DNA of 37,418 nt from Vicugna vicugna (GCA_013265495.1 MU058492.1:7420-44837); one strand, 5' to 3'. Counted from the first letter of the stretch, positions 1-11,071 are shown. Notes: generated by a model from the letters alone, not told the origin. Program-made: numbers and translations.

Positions 1-260
1 TGGAACTGACTGGGAGACCAGGTGGGAGGTTGGTGGAGTCATCACCTGGAAGAGAGACGGCGGGGGCTGGGGCGAGCATGGCCGATGGTGGCGGTGAAGT
101 CAGGAGGATTTTAAGAGACAAAAATGTGTAGAACTTAGTGACGGAGTGCGTGTGGAGGATGAATAAGGAGGTGAAATGAAGTCATCTCCTTCCGTCCGTC
201 ATATTACGGAGGGGAGTGTGAGGTCGGGTTGGGGTCAGGGAAGTCAACCCAGGGCCGCGC
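1..260 (-). mobile_element. L2 LINE fragment
   Basis: Purine-rich sequence resembling antisense L2 (GGGAGACCAGGTGGGAGGTTG..., GAGGATGAATAAGGAGGTG). Confidence 0.5.
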
Positions 261-1376
261 AGCTTTGCTGGATGGTTGGAAACCAAACGAGAAGACGCTT
301 GGGTGAGTGCTTCCAGCTCCTGGGGAAAGCCCCGCTGACGGCTGTCATTGCCTTCATTTAATTAGGGCGGTGTTCAGATTAACCTGGCCTTCCCCCCGTA
401 ATGGCATTAGCCAAATGCAGGATAATCAACTGCAGCTCAGAGAGGTGCCCAAAGAGCTCCTCCTAATTTGGAGGCAGCCCTGGCCACGTCCCCTGCTCCT
501 TTCCCGCCTGCCTGGGCATCAGATCCCACTCCACTCTTGCTGCCGCTACAAATCCTCCCGCCGTCCTTCGGGGCCTTGAGGAAAAAGCCATGTCTGCTCC
601 CACTTCACAGACAAACCCCAGGCCAACCTCAGCCAGAGTCCAGCTCCGAGCCCCTTGCATCTCAGCCTCTGAACTGCCTCTTAAAGGGACCCCTTCATTT
701 TGTAGCAGAAAGACCTTCGGCCTTAGGTGTGGACAGGACCCATCCTGATGGGGCCCTGCCTCTCACTTCCCCTACAGGTCCTGTTCCCTCCCTGAACGTC
801 TGCTTGCTTCTCTGTCAAATGGAGTTAATAATGACCTCTTAGGATTATCGTGAAGATTAAATTTTTGAAGATGTAAAATTCCTTTCATTAAAAAGCAAAA
901 CAAACTGAAAAATCACCCACCATGTTTGGCGCAAAACGGGAGGTCTCCCCTCATCTCTGCTTGTTGTTAACATGCCGTTTCTAATTGTTCCTGTTTATTG
1001 AACATTTTCTGCGAGCCAGGCACGTTGCTGAGCACCTGAGACGCAGCACCCCACCTGGGCCCTCGGCCCGCCTCTGGAGGCGCCCCTTTGACGAAAGAGG
1101 GAGAAGGGACGTGCTGAGTGTGAGCAGGGAAAGCTTCAGAGGGTCCTTCTCTGGGTGGGGCCGGCAGGTCTCTTTCTTTTGTCTTAAGAGTCTAGTAAAT
1201 TCAACATTTGGTGTTTTTTCAGTTCCATCTAGTTCCTTGCAGACCCCTGACAGCAATCCTTTCTCAAGCTGAGGGCCCTGGGGCCTGTGTCCCTGGGGTC
1301 ATCACTGTCCTAGTCTCTGCAGGGCCCTGCCAGGGAGGCCCTTCTGTCCCTCACACAGCGGGGGTGGTGGGGGTAG

Positions 1377-1490
1377 GTCTGTTCCTGGAGAAGCCCCACA
1401 GCCTGCAGAACAATGTCCGGACATCCCTGGAGAAGCAGCAGCGGGGCTGAGGGGTGTCCTGGGCCAGCCGGCCTGGGGCCACCCTGCAGG
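1377..1490 (+). pseudogene. DISP3: DISP3 pseudo-exon (about human exon 11), nonsense codon
   Basis: GLFLEKPHSLQNNVRTSLEKQQRG*GVSWASRPGATLQ. TGA at 1448-1450 replaces Ser. AG at 1375-1376, donor GTCAGT at 1491. Confidence 0.9.
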
Positions 1491-2218
1491 GTCAGTGGGG
1501 CACGGGCACTGGCTGGGTGGGGGTGTTGGGAGGTCCTGCCTGGTGCAGGGGTGCAAGGACCTTGTGGGGAGAGAGGATTAAATCCAATCTTTCTTTTCCA
1601 AGAACAAAAGCTTGTGTTCTTGGGTCACTATGGAAGGGTTGGGTGGGGGGAGGGTGTTGAACTGGAGGCCCTTGCCTGTCGTCCCACCAGCTCTCGGCCA
1701 GAGCAGTGGGAACCCCTCCTGCCGCTACCCCAGTCTGGCCTGTGGTGCCCCATAAACCTGCCTTGTGTGCCAAACCCGTCCTGAGTGTCGGGGTGAGGGC
1801 TGCGGCATCCTGAATGCTGGATGCTGGCTTATCCCTACACCAGCACAGCCCCACCAGTGGCACGGGGCTCCCCATCATTAACACCGCTGCCAGTACCACA
1901 GCCCCACACTGGCACAACCTCACCATGACTTCGCCATCCTCGTCACTACCTCCACCTGTGCTGCCGCCCCATCGCAGGGAACACCGCCACCTCCACTTCC
2001 ATCTATGCCGCCATCCCACCCCAATGTCCACTGCCAACGACCTTTCTTCCATCACTGCCCTGGGCTTGATCCAGGAGAGGGGCAGAGCCAGCATTCGGAG
2101 ATGAGCCCATGGTCGGGGCTCAGCTCCTCGGTCAGCAGAGCAGAGTGGGCTGCTACAGGGTCAGGGGAAGCCAGTCGCGGTGACTGTCAGCCCTCCTCCA
2201 CCTCCCGTTTGTCCCTAG

Positions 2219-2354
2219 ATGCCCCAGGCACGGTGTATGTCTCCAAGGGGAAGAGCAAAGGCCATCCGGCTGTCTGCAGTTCTCCCTCAACGCCAGCCTA
2301 CCTGACCCTTGGCAGGTCGTGTTCCCCGGGGATGGGGAGGTGGCCTCCTTCCAG
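2219..2354 (+). pseudogene. DISP3: DISP3 pseudo-exon (about exon 12), 1-bp deletion
   Basis: DAPGTVYVSKGKSKGHPAVC, then a frameshift near 2279, then FSLNASLPDPWQVVFPGDGEVASFQ. CTAG acceptor, GTGAGC donor. Confidence 0.9.
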
Positions 2355-2544
2355 GTGAGCCGGGGCTGCCGTGAAGTTAGTCACCACTACTGGGGGGGCC
2401 CTCAATGCTGCGCTGGTGGGCACTGACCATGTCAGGGGCGGGGACAGGGTCTGTGAGGATGCAGCTGCTCCAGGCAGATGAGGACCCTCTCCCACTGTCA
2501 GCCAGGTCAGTGGCAGGGACCCAAAGGGTGGTGAGAGCACGGGC

Positions 2545-2750
2545 TTCTGAGGCAGCCAGACCTGGGTTCAAGTCCTGGCACTGCCATTTATTACCTGTGT
2601 GTCTTTGGGAAGGTGACTTACTCTCTCTGAGCCTCAGTTTCCTCATCTGTGAAACAGGGATATGAAAGGTACCAGCCAGGGTTGTTGGAGGTGCACGAGG
2701 CAAGGTCTGTCCGTTACGGAACGTCTGGGGTGCAGTAAATGCTCAGTAAG
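2545..2750 (+). mobile_element. MIR SINE
   Basis: CCTGGGTTCAAGTCCTGGC...CTCTCTGAGCCTCAGTTTCCTCATCTGTGAAA MIR core, ending GTAAATGCTCAGTAA. Confidence 0.85.
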
Positions 2751-3509
2751 TGGGAGCCACTAGTCAGACTGCTCCTCCCGAAAGCTGCTCTCGCACCTTA
2801 GAGAAGGGCGTCCGAGGGCCAGCCCGGGCCTCCGGCTCTCCCTCTCGGGAACGATGTGTTTCTTTAACATGTTACACCCCAGGGTTACCATCAGGCCTGT
2901 ACCCTTGTTTGTTCAGGATTTGTATTTCCATCTCAGAGACGGGGTGTGTGAGGCATTTCCTGACCCTGACCTTTGCACCGCTGTCCTACTGCCTGGAAAG
3001 CTTTCCTTCCCACTTACTGTGTGGCTGATGCCCCAGCCAGGTCTCAGCGTGAGTGCCACCTCCTCCCAGAGCCATGTCCTGGCCATCCCTCTGTTTGCCC
3101 TCCCCATCTGCTGCCCGTTCATCTTGTGTCTTATCCTTATATTTAATTCAAAGCCCTTAAAAATCTGAAGCCATCATGGTTGGCAGCTGGCAGTGGGCAG
3201 GGACCAAACACGTCTCCTGCTGCCGTATCCTCAGGGCACAGCTCAGGCCTGGCCCGGAGTGAGTAGGTCCTCAGGTGAAGCAAGGACTGAGGCTCAGAGA
3301 GGGAAGAAGGATTTCCCCCATCTTTAAACTCGAACCCAGGCCTCCTGAGTCTCTTCTCGGAGCTCTGTCCCCCACTATGGGGTCTGAACTGGGGGCAGGG
3401 GGCAGGGGGCAGGGAACACTCCGAGGAGGGAGCAGACAGAGCCTGAGGCCGGGCCCAGCCTGAGGCAGCCTCCCGGAGCCACCTGTCTTGTCTCTGTCCA
3501 TCCACTTAG

Positions 3510-3694
3510 GTGTATAGAGCCCTTTTTGGTAACTTCACCAAGAAGCTGACCACTTGTATGTCTACAGCAGGGCTGCTCCAGGGAGTGAGCCCCTCCTGCA
3601 AGTGGATGGTGACGACCTGGGCCTGTGATGCCAAGCGGGGCTGGAAGTTTGACTTCAGCTTCTACGTGGCCACCAAGGAGCAGCAGCACACCCA
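3510..3694 (+). pseudogene. DISP3: DISP3 pseudo-exon (about exon 13), frame open
   Basis: VYRALFGNFTKKLTTCMSTAGLLQGVSPSCKWMVTTWACDAKRGWKFDFSFYVATKEQQHT. TTAG acceptor, GTAACC donor. Confidence 0.92.
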
Positions 3695-3949
3695 GTAACC
3701 TTGCAAATAGGCCGGTTTCTACCAGCCCGCCCCACTACCTCACCCCCAGTAAGAGACGCCAGCAGGCACCTTTAAGAAACCCACGTCCATTTCCACACAT
3801 TTGTTCAGACAGTTCCCTGCCTGGAACTGGCAAGGGGGAAATACCGAGATGACAGGCCCACGATCTGCTCCCCCATCTGCCACTGTCCCTCTGGGTGGCC
3901 CCGCAGGATGCACGGTGGCCATCTGGCTGCCCTTCAGCACACCCAGCAG

Positions 3950-4365
3950 TTCCCATTACAGAACTTCTGCATTTGCTGTTCCCTCAGCCTAAAATGCTCT
4001 TCCCCAGCTCCTCATGTGCTTGACTTCTTCTCAAGATTCAGGTCCTTGCCCAGAGGTACCCCCCTCCCCAGGGAGAGGCTGCCCCTGACCAGAACACCAG
4101 CCCCGCCTGAAATAGCCACGCCTGGTCTCTCCCTGGGCGTCACCCCTCTGCTCTCCTTCCAGCTCCCATCACCACCTGGAGTCATACTGACCTACTGGTT
4201 TATTATGGTTTATTAGCTGTCTGCCCTCAGGAGCACATAGGCACCCTGCGGCGGGCACCTTGACTGTGGCCCCTGCTGTATCCCCAGCACCCGGCCCAGG
4301 GCCTGGCACAGAGCGAGTGCTCAGTAAACACTTGCTGAATGAGTGAATCAATGAATGAATGATTG
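3950..4365 (+). mobile_element. L2 LINE 3' end
   Basis: TTTGCTGTTCCCTCAGCCT..., CTGTATCCCCAGCACC...GCCTGGCACAGAG...TGCTCAGTAAACACTTGCTGAATGA followed by a (TGAA)n tail. Confidence 0.8.
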
Positions 4366-4667
4366 AGTACACTCTGCATTCCTCTCCAAGGCACTCGCCA
4401 CACAATCTATGTAATTAATTCACCAGATATATATTTAATGTTCCCCCACCCTCAGATTGTGAGGAGGCAGGAGAGAGACCGTCTCTGTTCTATTTACCTA
4501 CCGTATATGAATGCCCTGCCTAGTGCCTGGCATGAAGTCAGTGCCCCAAAATGCGAGTGACCGCATTATGTGCCTCAAGGATCTCTGAGATAGCTGGGGG
4601 CATCTTTTCCCAGGTTTCCTTCTCCCATGTTCAGACAGCTGAGGCTGTGTTAGCAGAAGATCTGCTC

Positions 4668-4860
4668 TTCATCCATTCATTCATTTAACAAACCTTCAGC
4701 ACGACTGTGAGCCGGCCCAGGGCTAATGCTGGGGACGGTAAACAAGACAGACATGGCTGCTGCCCTCGGACTGGCTAGTGGGAGACAGCAGCTAACAAGT
4801 CAAGCACAACGTCATTACAAACTACAATACGTGCCCTGAAAGAAAGAGCTCACTGTCGTA
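4668..4860 (-). mobile_element. L2 LINE 3' end, antisense
   Basis: (TTCA)n-TTTAACAAAC...TGCTGGGGAC...AAACAAGACAGACATGG. Confidence 0.65.
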
Positions 4861-5616
4861 GTCCAGAGAATGGCAGTGCGGAGCCAGCAATGGGGACAGG
4901 GATGTGGTCTCTGACAGGGCCTGGCCTCGGGGCACTGGGCACCCACACCAGGCTGAACTCCGCTTGGGGTGGGGGTGTGATATGGAGGCCCAGGGGTGAC
5001 CAAGACGGGCTCCTCGGGCCCTTCCAGCCTGGTGCACCTTGGCATGGCACTGGGGTCCCTCTGCCTGCCCTCCAGGGCTGGGCTGCCTCTGCACATACAC
5101 AATAGCCACTGGGATCTGGCTGCCTGGGTGAATTCAGAACATTCTAGAAAGAACCTTGAGCTACATCAAGTCCCACGGTGAATAAGCTGACCGTGAAATC
5201 CTTTCCTTAAACAAAATCTTGAGGCTCTGTGACTGTTCGGGTTACAGCAGGGCAGGGGGCTTCTGAGCAGTGACCCTCCCCAACCCCCAGGCTGGCCCTG
5301 GGGCCCCTCTGAACTCTCGCACCCCCTGGAGAACACTTTGGAAACTGCTGGTCTCCTCCACCCTTCATGCCACAGGCAAGGAGACAGACACAGACAGGGG
5401 GAAAAGGGGAGGACGTTAAGCTGAGCCATGTGGTGAGGCTAGACTAGAACAAGTGTTCAAACCCCAGCCCTGAACCTACAACCAAATCCCCGCACCAGGA
5501 GCGCCCGAGTCCACCCCCCGTGCACTTCTAGTCCCTGCACACAGCCACGTCTGCCCCACCTCCCCAACTCCTCCCGGCCTTCCCGACCTCAGTCCAGGCC
5601 TCCTTTGCCTCCACAG

Positions 5617-5687
5617 GAAACTGTACTTGTCCTGTCCCACAAGCCCCGATGGGCCGACCAAAGTCTTGTACGTGCCCAGTGAGAAGG
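5617..5687 (+). pseudogene. DISP3: DISP3 pseudo-exon (about exon 14), internally deleted, donor lost
   Basis: KLY...SHKP joined to SPDGPTK...VPSEK. 71 bp versus about 131 expected. The expected donor position reads CT at 5688. Confidence 0.8.
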
Positions 5688-5764
5688 CTACCTGCAGGGA
5701 GGCAGCAGTGGGACCTTGGGAGGCTGAGCCCCGCCTCCCCATACAGCTGTGACTCCCTCTGCAG

Positions 5765-5937
5765 TGCCCAAGGCCCGCTTTTCCGCCACCTTCGGCTTCA
5801 ACCCCTGCGTGAACACAGGCTGCTGGAAGCCGGTGGTGCGGCCGCTGGTGGATACAGAGGCCATGGTCTTTGTGTTCTTTGGCATTCTTGGTCCCAACCT
5901 TATGCGGAAGGTGGACAACCATGTCATCAGAGACCCG
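5765..5937 (+). pseudogene. DISP3: DISP3 pseudo-exon (about exon 15), frame open
   Basis: VPKARFSATFGFNPCVNTGCWKPVVRPLVDTEAMVFVFFGILGPNLMRKVDNHVIRDP. GCAG acceptor, GTACGT donor. Confidence 0.92.
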
Positions 5938-6920
5938 GTACGTGAGCTCACATTGGGCAAGTGCCAAAGGGCCCAATCACACCAGGCTTGCAAACAAGTA
6001 CTAACCCACAGGCCACCACCCCAGCTCCCCACACTCCATCTTGGCTCTTTGACTGCTCAACTGGCCCAGACAGGCCCCCCATAGGCTCTTGGGGTACCAT
6101 TTCTCTTGAAGGCTAAGCAGGGTCGAGCTCTTAAAATCGCCCAGGAATCTGGGTGCAGTGGGGCCGGACCGGCTGCCCCGCGTCATTACGGCTGGAATAG
6201 AGGTGAGCATACAGGTGCATAAAGACTTCCTGCTCTCTTCCTCCTCCTGCAGGAGGCCCTCCCTGTGCCCACAGCCCTTGCTGCGTGCCTCGGCCATGGT
6301 GCTGTCTGCTCGGGAAAGTCTCTCCCCTTGTGCATGTTTGTGTACGGTGCTGGGCCCTTGGCAGTGAAGGGGAGAGAAGCTGGTGGAGCTGTGAGTGGGT
6401 GTCTCCCTGGCACGTGATGGGAACTGAGATGCGGGGCAAGGACCATGGCCATAGATACAGTTGATCATCACCCCTGCCTTGAGAAGTTAGCCTGACTGAG
6501 TGTACAGTATTTCAGGCACAAAGTAATTCAGGAGCCAGGTGGGGTCAGAGGAGATCCGCTCAGTCCTGACCATGAGTCTGCAGGTGTTCAGGGGAGGGGT
6601 GGGGAGGCGGTGAAAAGAGAAGTCTGATGCCCAAGGACAAGTAGGATTTGACTGTCCAGGAGAGGAAAAAGCAGGCAACCCAGGTGTATTCACTGTGAGT
6701 AAAAGCAAGGAGGGGAAGCACAGGAGAGACGGAGGGGCCCATGCAGGGTGAGCAGTGAGAGAGCAGAGGTGCTGCTAGGGGCAGGACCCTGGGCGACCAG
6801 GCAGAGGGTTCCGAGGGCTGGTAGCAGGAGCTGCAGGAGATTTTTTCCCAAGGGGTGGGACCCAGGGCTAAGCTCCTGACTCCCTAAGCAGCTGTCCTGG
6901 CATGTGTCTCCTTGGGAAAA

Positions 6921-7055
6921 GGCAGCATCATCTACGACAGCAACTTTAATCTCTTCAAAGAAGTCAGGCACCTACCTGTATCACCTCCGCAAAGCCATTG
7001 CAGAGAGCCCGGAGCTGATGAAGCCAAGCAGGCACGGCGCAGTGGCTGCCTTCAG
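6921..7055 (+). pseudogene. DISP3: DISP3 pseudo-exon (about exon 16), two 4-bp insertions
   Basis: GSIIYDSNFNLFKEVRH, +4 nt, LYHLRKAIAESPELMKPSR, +4 nt, AQWLPS. 135 bp versus about 127. The acceptor position reads AA, donor GTGACT. Confidence 0.88.
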
Positions 7056-7141
7056 GTGACTGGCAGGTCAAGGGTGGACAGCCCTGAGGATACACTTGCC
7101 AGGAACGAAGACGTCTGCAAACATTTGCTTGAAGGTGTCTG

Positions 7142-7729
7142 TGTTGCAGGAAATACGTGTTACAGCTCAGTTGTGACAGCAACCTGGATTTGGGCGAGAA
7201 ACCAAGCAGCTCTCAGAGTTGGAGAACTCAGGTTTATTACCCAACAAGCCCAGGAACGTTAACACTCGAAAATCTAGACCCCAGCTATAAGTTTACACAG
7301 GCTTTTATAGCCTGCCAGTTTACGCTTTGCAGCGTCATATGCAAATAAGGTATAACAAAAGTTGACTAATTAGGAACAAGGTTTGTAGAAATGGACCAAT
7401 CAGGAGAGAGAGAAATAACCAATCAGTAGTGAGAGAATGGACCAATCAGGGGTGAGAGAAATAACCAATCAGGAGTGAGCTCCATGCAAATGAAGTGCTA
7501 CAAATGGAACAATCAGAAGTTAGGGAAATGGACCAATCAGGAATGAAGGAAATAACCAATCATCAATCAGGAGTGAGCTCAGGGAACCAATAGAATTTTA
7601 GGGATAAGTAAGCCATTTCAGAGGCAAAAAGTGAGATAGAACCTCTGGGCCAGGAAACCAGATGGCGCTGGGAGGACTAGTGGCCCTGCCTGGGGGTCCT
7701 GCAGGTCTTTTTATGGGGCTTCCGGCCTC
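7142..7729 (-). mobile_element. Solo LTR-like element (ERV), antisense, in a DISP3 intron
   Basis: On the minus strand the order is CCAAT/octamer repeat block (7591-7339), TATAAAA (7309-7303), AATAAA (7238-7233), matching U3-R-U5. Ends look like TG...CA. No TSD identified, so the boundaries are approximate. Confidence 0.7.
7390..7592. repeat. 23-bp-period CCAATCAG tandem array inside the LTR
   Basis: CCAAT at 7396, 7419, 7442, 7465, 7533, 7556, 7587, with variants at ~7509 and ~7563. TGGACCAATCAGG alternates with ATAACCAATCA. Confidence 0.9.
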
Positions 7730-8159
7730 ATCCACACTGGGGTGAGGAGTGTGCAAATCTTCCGGGTGAGAGCAGACTCGGGCCTGAAGGTGAATTAGCG
7801 CAGAGCCGCACATGCGTGGGGAGGTGTGCGGTGTTCAGGGGAGAACCTGCAGGAGGAGTTTCCCAACATCTGGAGTGAGGAGGGGCTGGCCCTCCAGCAG
7901 TAACCTGGGTCCAGGGCTCTTCCTGAGAGGGCGCAAGGTGTCATTTTCCACCCCGATGGCAAATGGTGATGTAGGTTTCTCGATGATGGTGCCAGTGGTT
8001 CTAGGCACTTTTTAAAACTAGGAGGTTAGGGGAGGGGCGTGTACCCCTTGCACACTCACATCCAGATGGGTGAGTGCACGTGTGCAGGCAGGATCGCGGG
8101 GAAGGGGTGCTCCCTTCCCAGGTCCCCACCCCGACCCACCTCTTGCCCTTCTCCCACAG

Positions 8160-8318
8160 GCTACAGCATCTCCTCCTTCCTGCAGATGTTGCACCCTGAG
8201 TGCAAGGAGCTGGCTGAGCCCCACCTGCTCCCAGGTCAGCTGTCGCATGGGGCCGTGGGTGTCAAGGATGCAGTGCAGTGGATCCCGCATGCAGTGGAGC
8301 TCCATGGCCTTCGAGTCG
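8160..8318 (+). pseudogene. DISP3: DISP3 pseudo-exon (about exon 17), internal duplication/frameshift
   Basis: GYSISSFLQMLHPECKELAEPHLLPGQLSHGAVGVKD...SMAFES. TGCAGTGGA occurs twice. Net +13 bp. CACAG acceptor, GTGAGC donor. Confidence 0.9.
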
Positions 8319-9239
8319 GTGAGCCCCGGGTAGGCCACCAGGCACAGGACAGTGTGCTGACCTCACAGAGTGCCATGTCACCGCCGGTCCCCCCACCCCA
8401 GAGAAGATCAGCGGGATTACTCTTCTAAGGGGATACTGAGGCCCAGAGGGGTGAAGTTGTTTGCCCAAGGTCACAGGGTTAATGAGCGTCAACTTTGAGT
8501 GCTGACCACTGAGCTCAGCCTTTTTGTCACATAGGATGACTGCCAGCTGCCAGCACCCTCCCTCCCTAACAGCCCAGGGTTCACATGATTTTGCAGGGGC
8601 AGGTGACAGTCCAGGATGCTCCTCACTGTGAGGGGCCAGGTTCTGGGCCACAGAACCCGCTGTGCTGGGCCTCCCCAGGAGAGATTAGAAGCCAGGGGAC
8701 TGGCCATCCCACACTTCACTGCCTCCTCTCTCACCCCTGACACTCCCTGGGCTCTGCCCAAGGAGGCACGCATGCACACACATGCGTGCACGCACCCACG
8801 TCCCCGACCTGGGCCTCGCGGGCGGCCCTGGCGCTTCACGCTGAGGCTTGCTGAGTCTGCCCCTGCTGCCTCTGCGCTGAGCCCCGGGCTCCAGTCCTTG
8901 CTCTGATCTCCCTGTGCTCTGTGTCCTCTAGCAAGCCACTCGTTCCCTCTAACCTCTAGTTCCGCCTCTAAAGAATAGGGTTACAGGTGCCTGTGTGCCC
9001 TCTGGCAGTCATCAAGAAGCTGTGGTGAGATCGCTCCCCTGAAGGCCTTCGGGGACGAGAATAAGATGGCAAGTGGGCAATTCTTGTTCTCTGGTCCCAG
9101 CCCTGCTTTCCTTCCCGCCACCTGTGCCACTGAAGGCCCGAGCAACCAAACCGCCAGCCACCATGGGGAGGACCCAGATCCCACTCAAACCCACAGTGAG
9201 CCCCAGGCTAATGCAGACTCCAGTTCAAAGCTCAGGCAG

Positions 9240-9640
9240 TTTTTAAAAATTGTGTTAAAATATATATTAAAAACTGACAGTCTTAACCATTTTAAGCGTA
9301 TAGTTCAGTAACAATTAATTATTAAATCAATTAATTAATTATAATTTATTATAAATTAATAAATAATTAAGCATATTCACACTGCTGTGCAGCTGTCACC
9401 AACGCCCATCTCGAAAGCTTTTCATCTTGCAGAACTGAAACTGTCCTCATTCAACACTGACTTCCCATTCCCCTCCTCTGGCCACCACGCTCCTTTCTGT
9501 CCCCACGGATTTGACTCCTCTCTGTCCCTCACACACAGCATGGGTCTTTTGGCGACTGGTTCATTTCACTTAGCATAAGGGCCTTCAGGTTCATCTATGT
9601 TGGTGCCCGTGTCCAAATTTCCTTCCTTTTTAAGGCTGAA
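9240..9640 (-). mobile_element. Old L1 3' end fragment (L1M-type)
   Basis: TTAACCATTTTAAGCGTATAGTTCAGTA...CATATTCACACTGCTGTGCA...TTCATCTTGCAGAACTGAAACT...TTTCACTTAGCATAA. Confidence 0.8.
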
Positions 9641-10364
9641 GCCACAGGCAGTTTGAGAGAGGAGAGAATCCCCTCTCAGGCCTCTCCAAACAACAGAACA
9701 TCACCTCCCAGCTGACCCCACCAACGCTCAGACCCAACGTGCACAGACTCACCCTAAACTGGCTTGTGCTCAGGCAGAGCAGAATTGGACCAGTGAGGTC
9801 ACATCTATGACAGTTCCAGAGCTGGGCACCATGAACCCGACAGGCCACCTGCCCTCCTGGACTCACAGTCCAGCCCAGGAGGTGGGCAGGTTGCCAGGCA
9901 GTGATGTGAACTCTGATGTGGAAGCACCAAGGGCTCGCGGAGCCCAGAGGATGCTGGCCTTGGGGCATCCAGGATGGCTTCCCAGAGGAGACGGAACCCT
10001 AATGAACCGTGAAGGAGGAGCGGGAGCCGGCAGTGCAGGCAGAGGGAGCGGCATGGGCAGAGGGTAGCTGGGGGCTCTGGGAGCTGAAGCTGGTTCTGTT
10101 GGGAAGGGACAAGGACTTTGGTTGTACCGGGATCTGCTGCCGCTCTAAGAGTCACGCGTGCACCCAGAGGCTGGTGGAGGTGGTCTTGGATGGGGTCACC
10201 CTCCACCCCCACCCACACAGCACACTCCATTTGCAGGTGGTGGAGGGCTGGCTGCAGCTGTCACAGAGCAGACTGGCTGTCACCAGGACAGGGTGATAGG
10301 CCCCCACCCATCCCTCACCCACCCCAGCTGTCCACCCATCTCTCACTGGCTCATGTCCCCACAG

Positions 10365-10524
10365 ACCAAGCACAAGGGCAAGTCCTCCTTCCAGACCTTC
10401 TGAGACTACCTGCGCTGGGAGAGCTTCCTGAAGCAGCAGCTGCAGACGTTTCCCAGGGGCTCGGCCCTGCGCCGCGGCTTCCAGACCTGCAAGCGTTGGA
10501 AGCAGATCTTCATGGAGATCGGAG
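10365..10524 (+). pseudogene. DISP3: DISP3 pseudo-exon (about exon 18), nonsense codon
   Basis: TKHKGKSSFQTF*DYLRWESFLKQQLQTFPRGSALRRGFQTCKRWKQIFMEIG. TGA at 10401-10403. Donor GCGAGC. Confidence 0.92.
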
Positions 10525-10859
10525 GCGAGCGGCAGCCCAGCCCCCCTACCCCTGGGTCTCGGCAGGGCGGGCGGTGGCAGCAGGGGCATGGGGAGGTGAC
10601 CTGGGCAGCGAGGGCCAGGTCTGTCTCAGTCACACTTGTCTTCTCAAATCTGGCCAAGGGCCCTGGAGAAACTGGGATGACAGTGGCTGGGAGCACCAAT
10701 CAGAAGCCAGACTTGGGGGCCCCACCTGCAGGATCATCAGGCCCCTTCTCTGATCCTGAATTTGGCCACCTAAAAAGTCATGGTAATGACCATGATGACA
10801 GCTCTTTGTCCTTGGGAGCCCTTCTGGAGGCCTGACCTGTGTTCTCTCTTTAAACTCCA

Positions 10860-10990
10860 CACAAGGCTATGGAGTAAGTACTGCTATTACCCCCATTATA
10901 CAGATGAAGAAATGGGGGCTCAGCGAGGTCAAGTGGCTTACCCAGAATAACACAGCTAGCTGTGACAGTGCCCATCTTTGTAGCCCCAGT
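10860..10990 (-). mobile_element. MIR SINE
   Basis: ATTACCCCCATTATACAGATGAAGAAATGGGGGCTCAGCGAGGTCAAGTGGCTTACCCA. Confidence 0.8.
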
Positions 10991-11071
10991 ACCTTTGAGC
11001 CATGGGGAGGAGGGAGTGAGGGGTGCCCCGTGGTGCAGCCCAGCTGAGGGCCCTCTCCTGTCACCTTCCAG

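Noticed and set aside
1268..1358. Possible remnant of the preceding DISP3 exon (AEG..., PVSL...)
   Set aside because: Only 3-4 residue chance matches, with no sustained frame or splice structure.
1492..2104. 200-aa minus-strand and His/Pro/Thr-rich plus-strand ORFs
   Set aside because: Degenerate (CAC/CAT)n low-complexity intron sequence with no recognisable protein family.
7390..7592. CCAATCAG repeats as a CRISPR-like array
   Set aside because: The period is 23 bp with mutually similar inter-repeat sequence and no unique spacers or cas genes. The context is a mammalian LTR.
10118..10753. 211-aa ORF overlapping a DISP3 exon
   Set aside because: Off-frame read-through of the GC-rich pseudo-exon and flanking intron.
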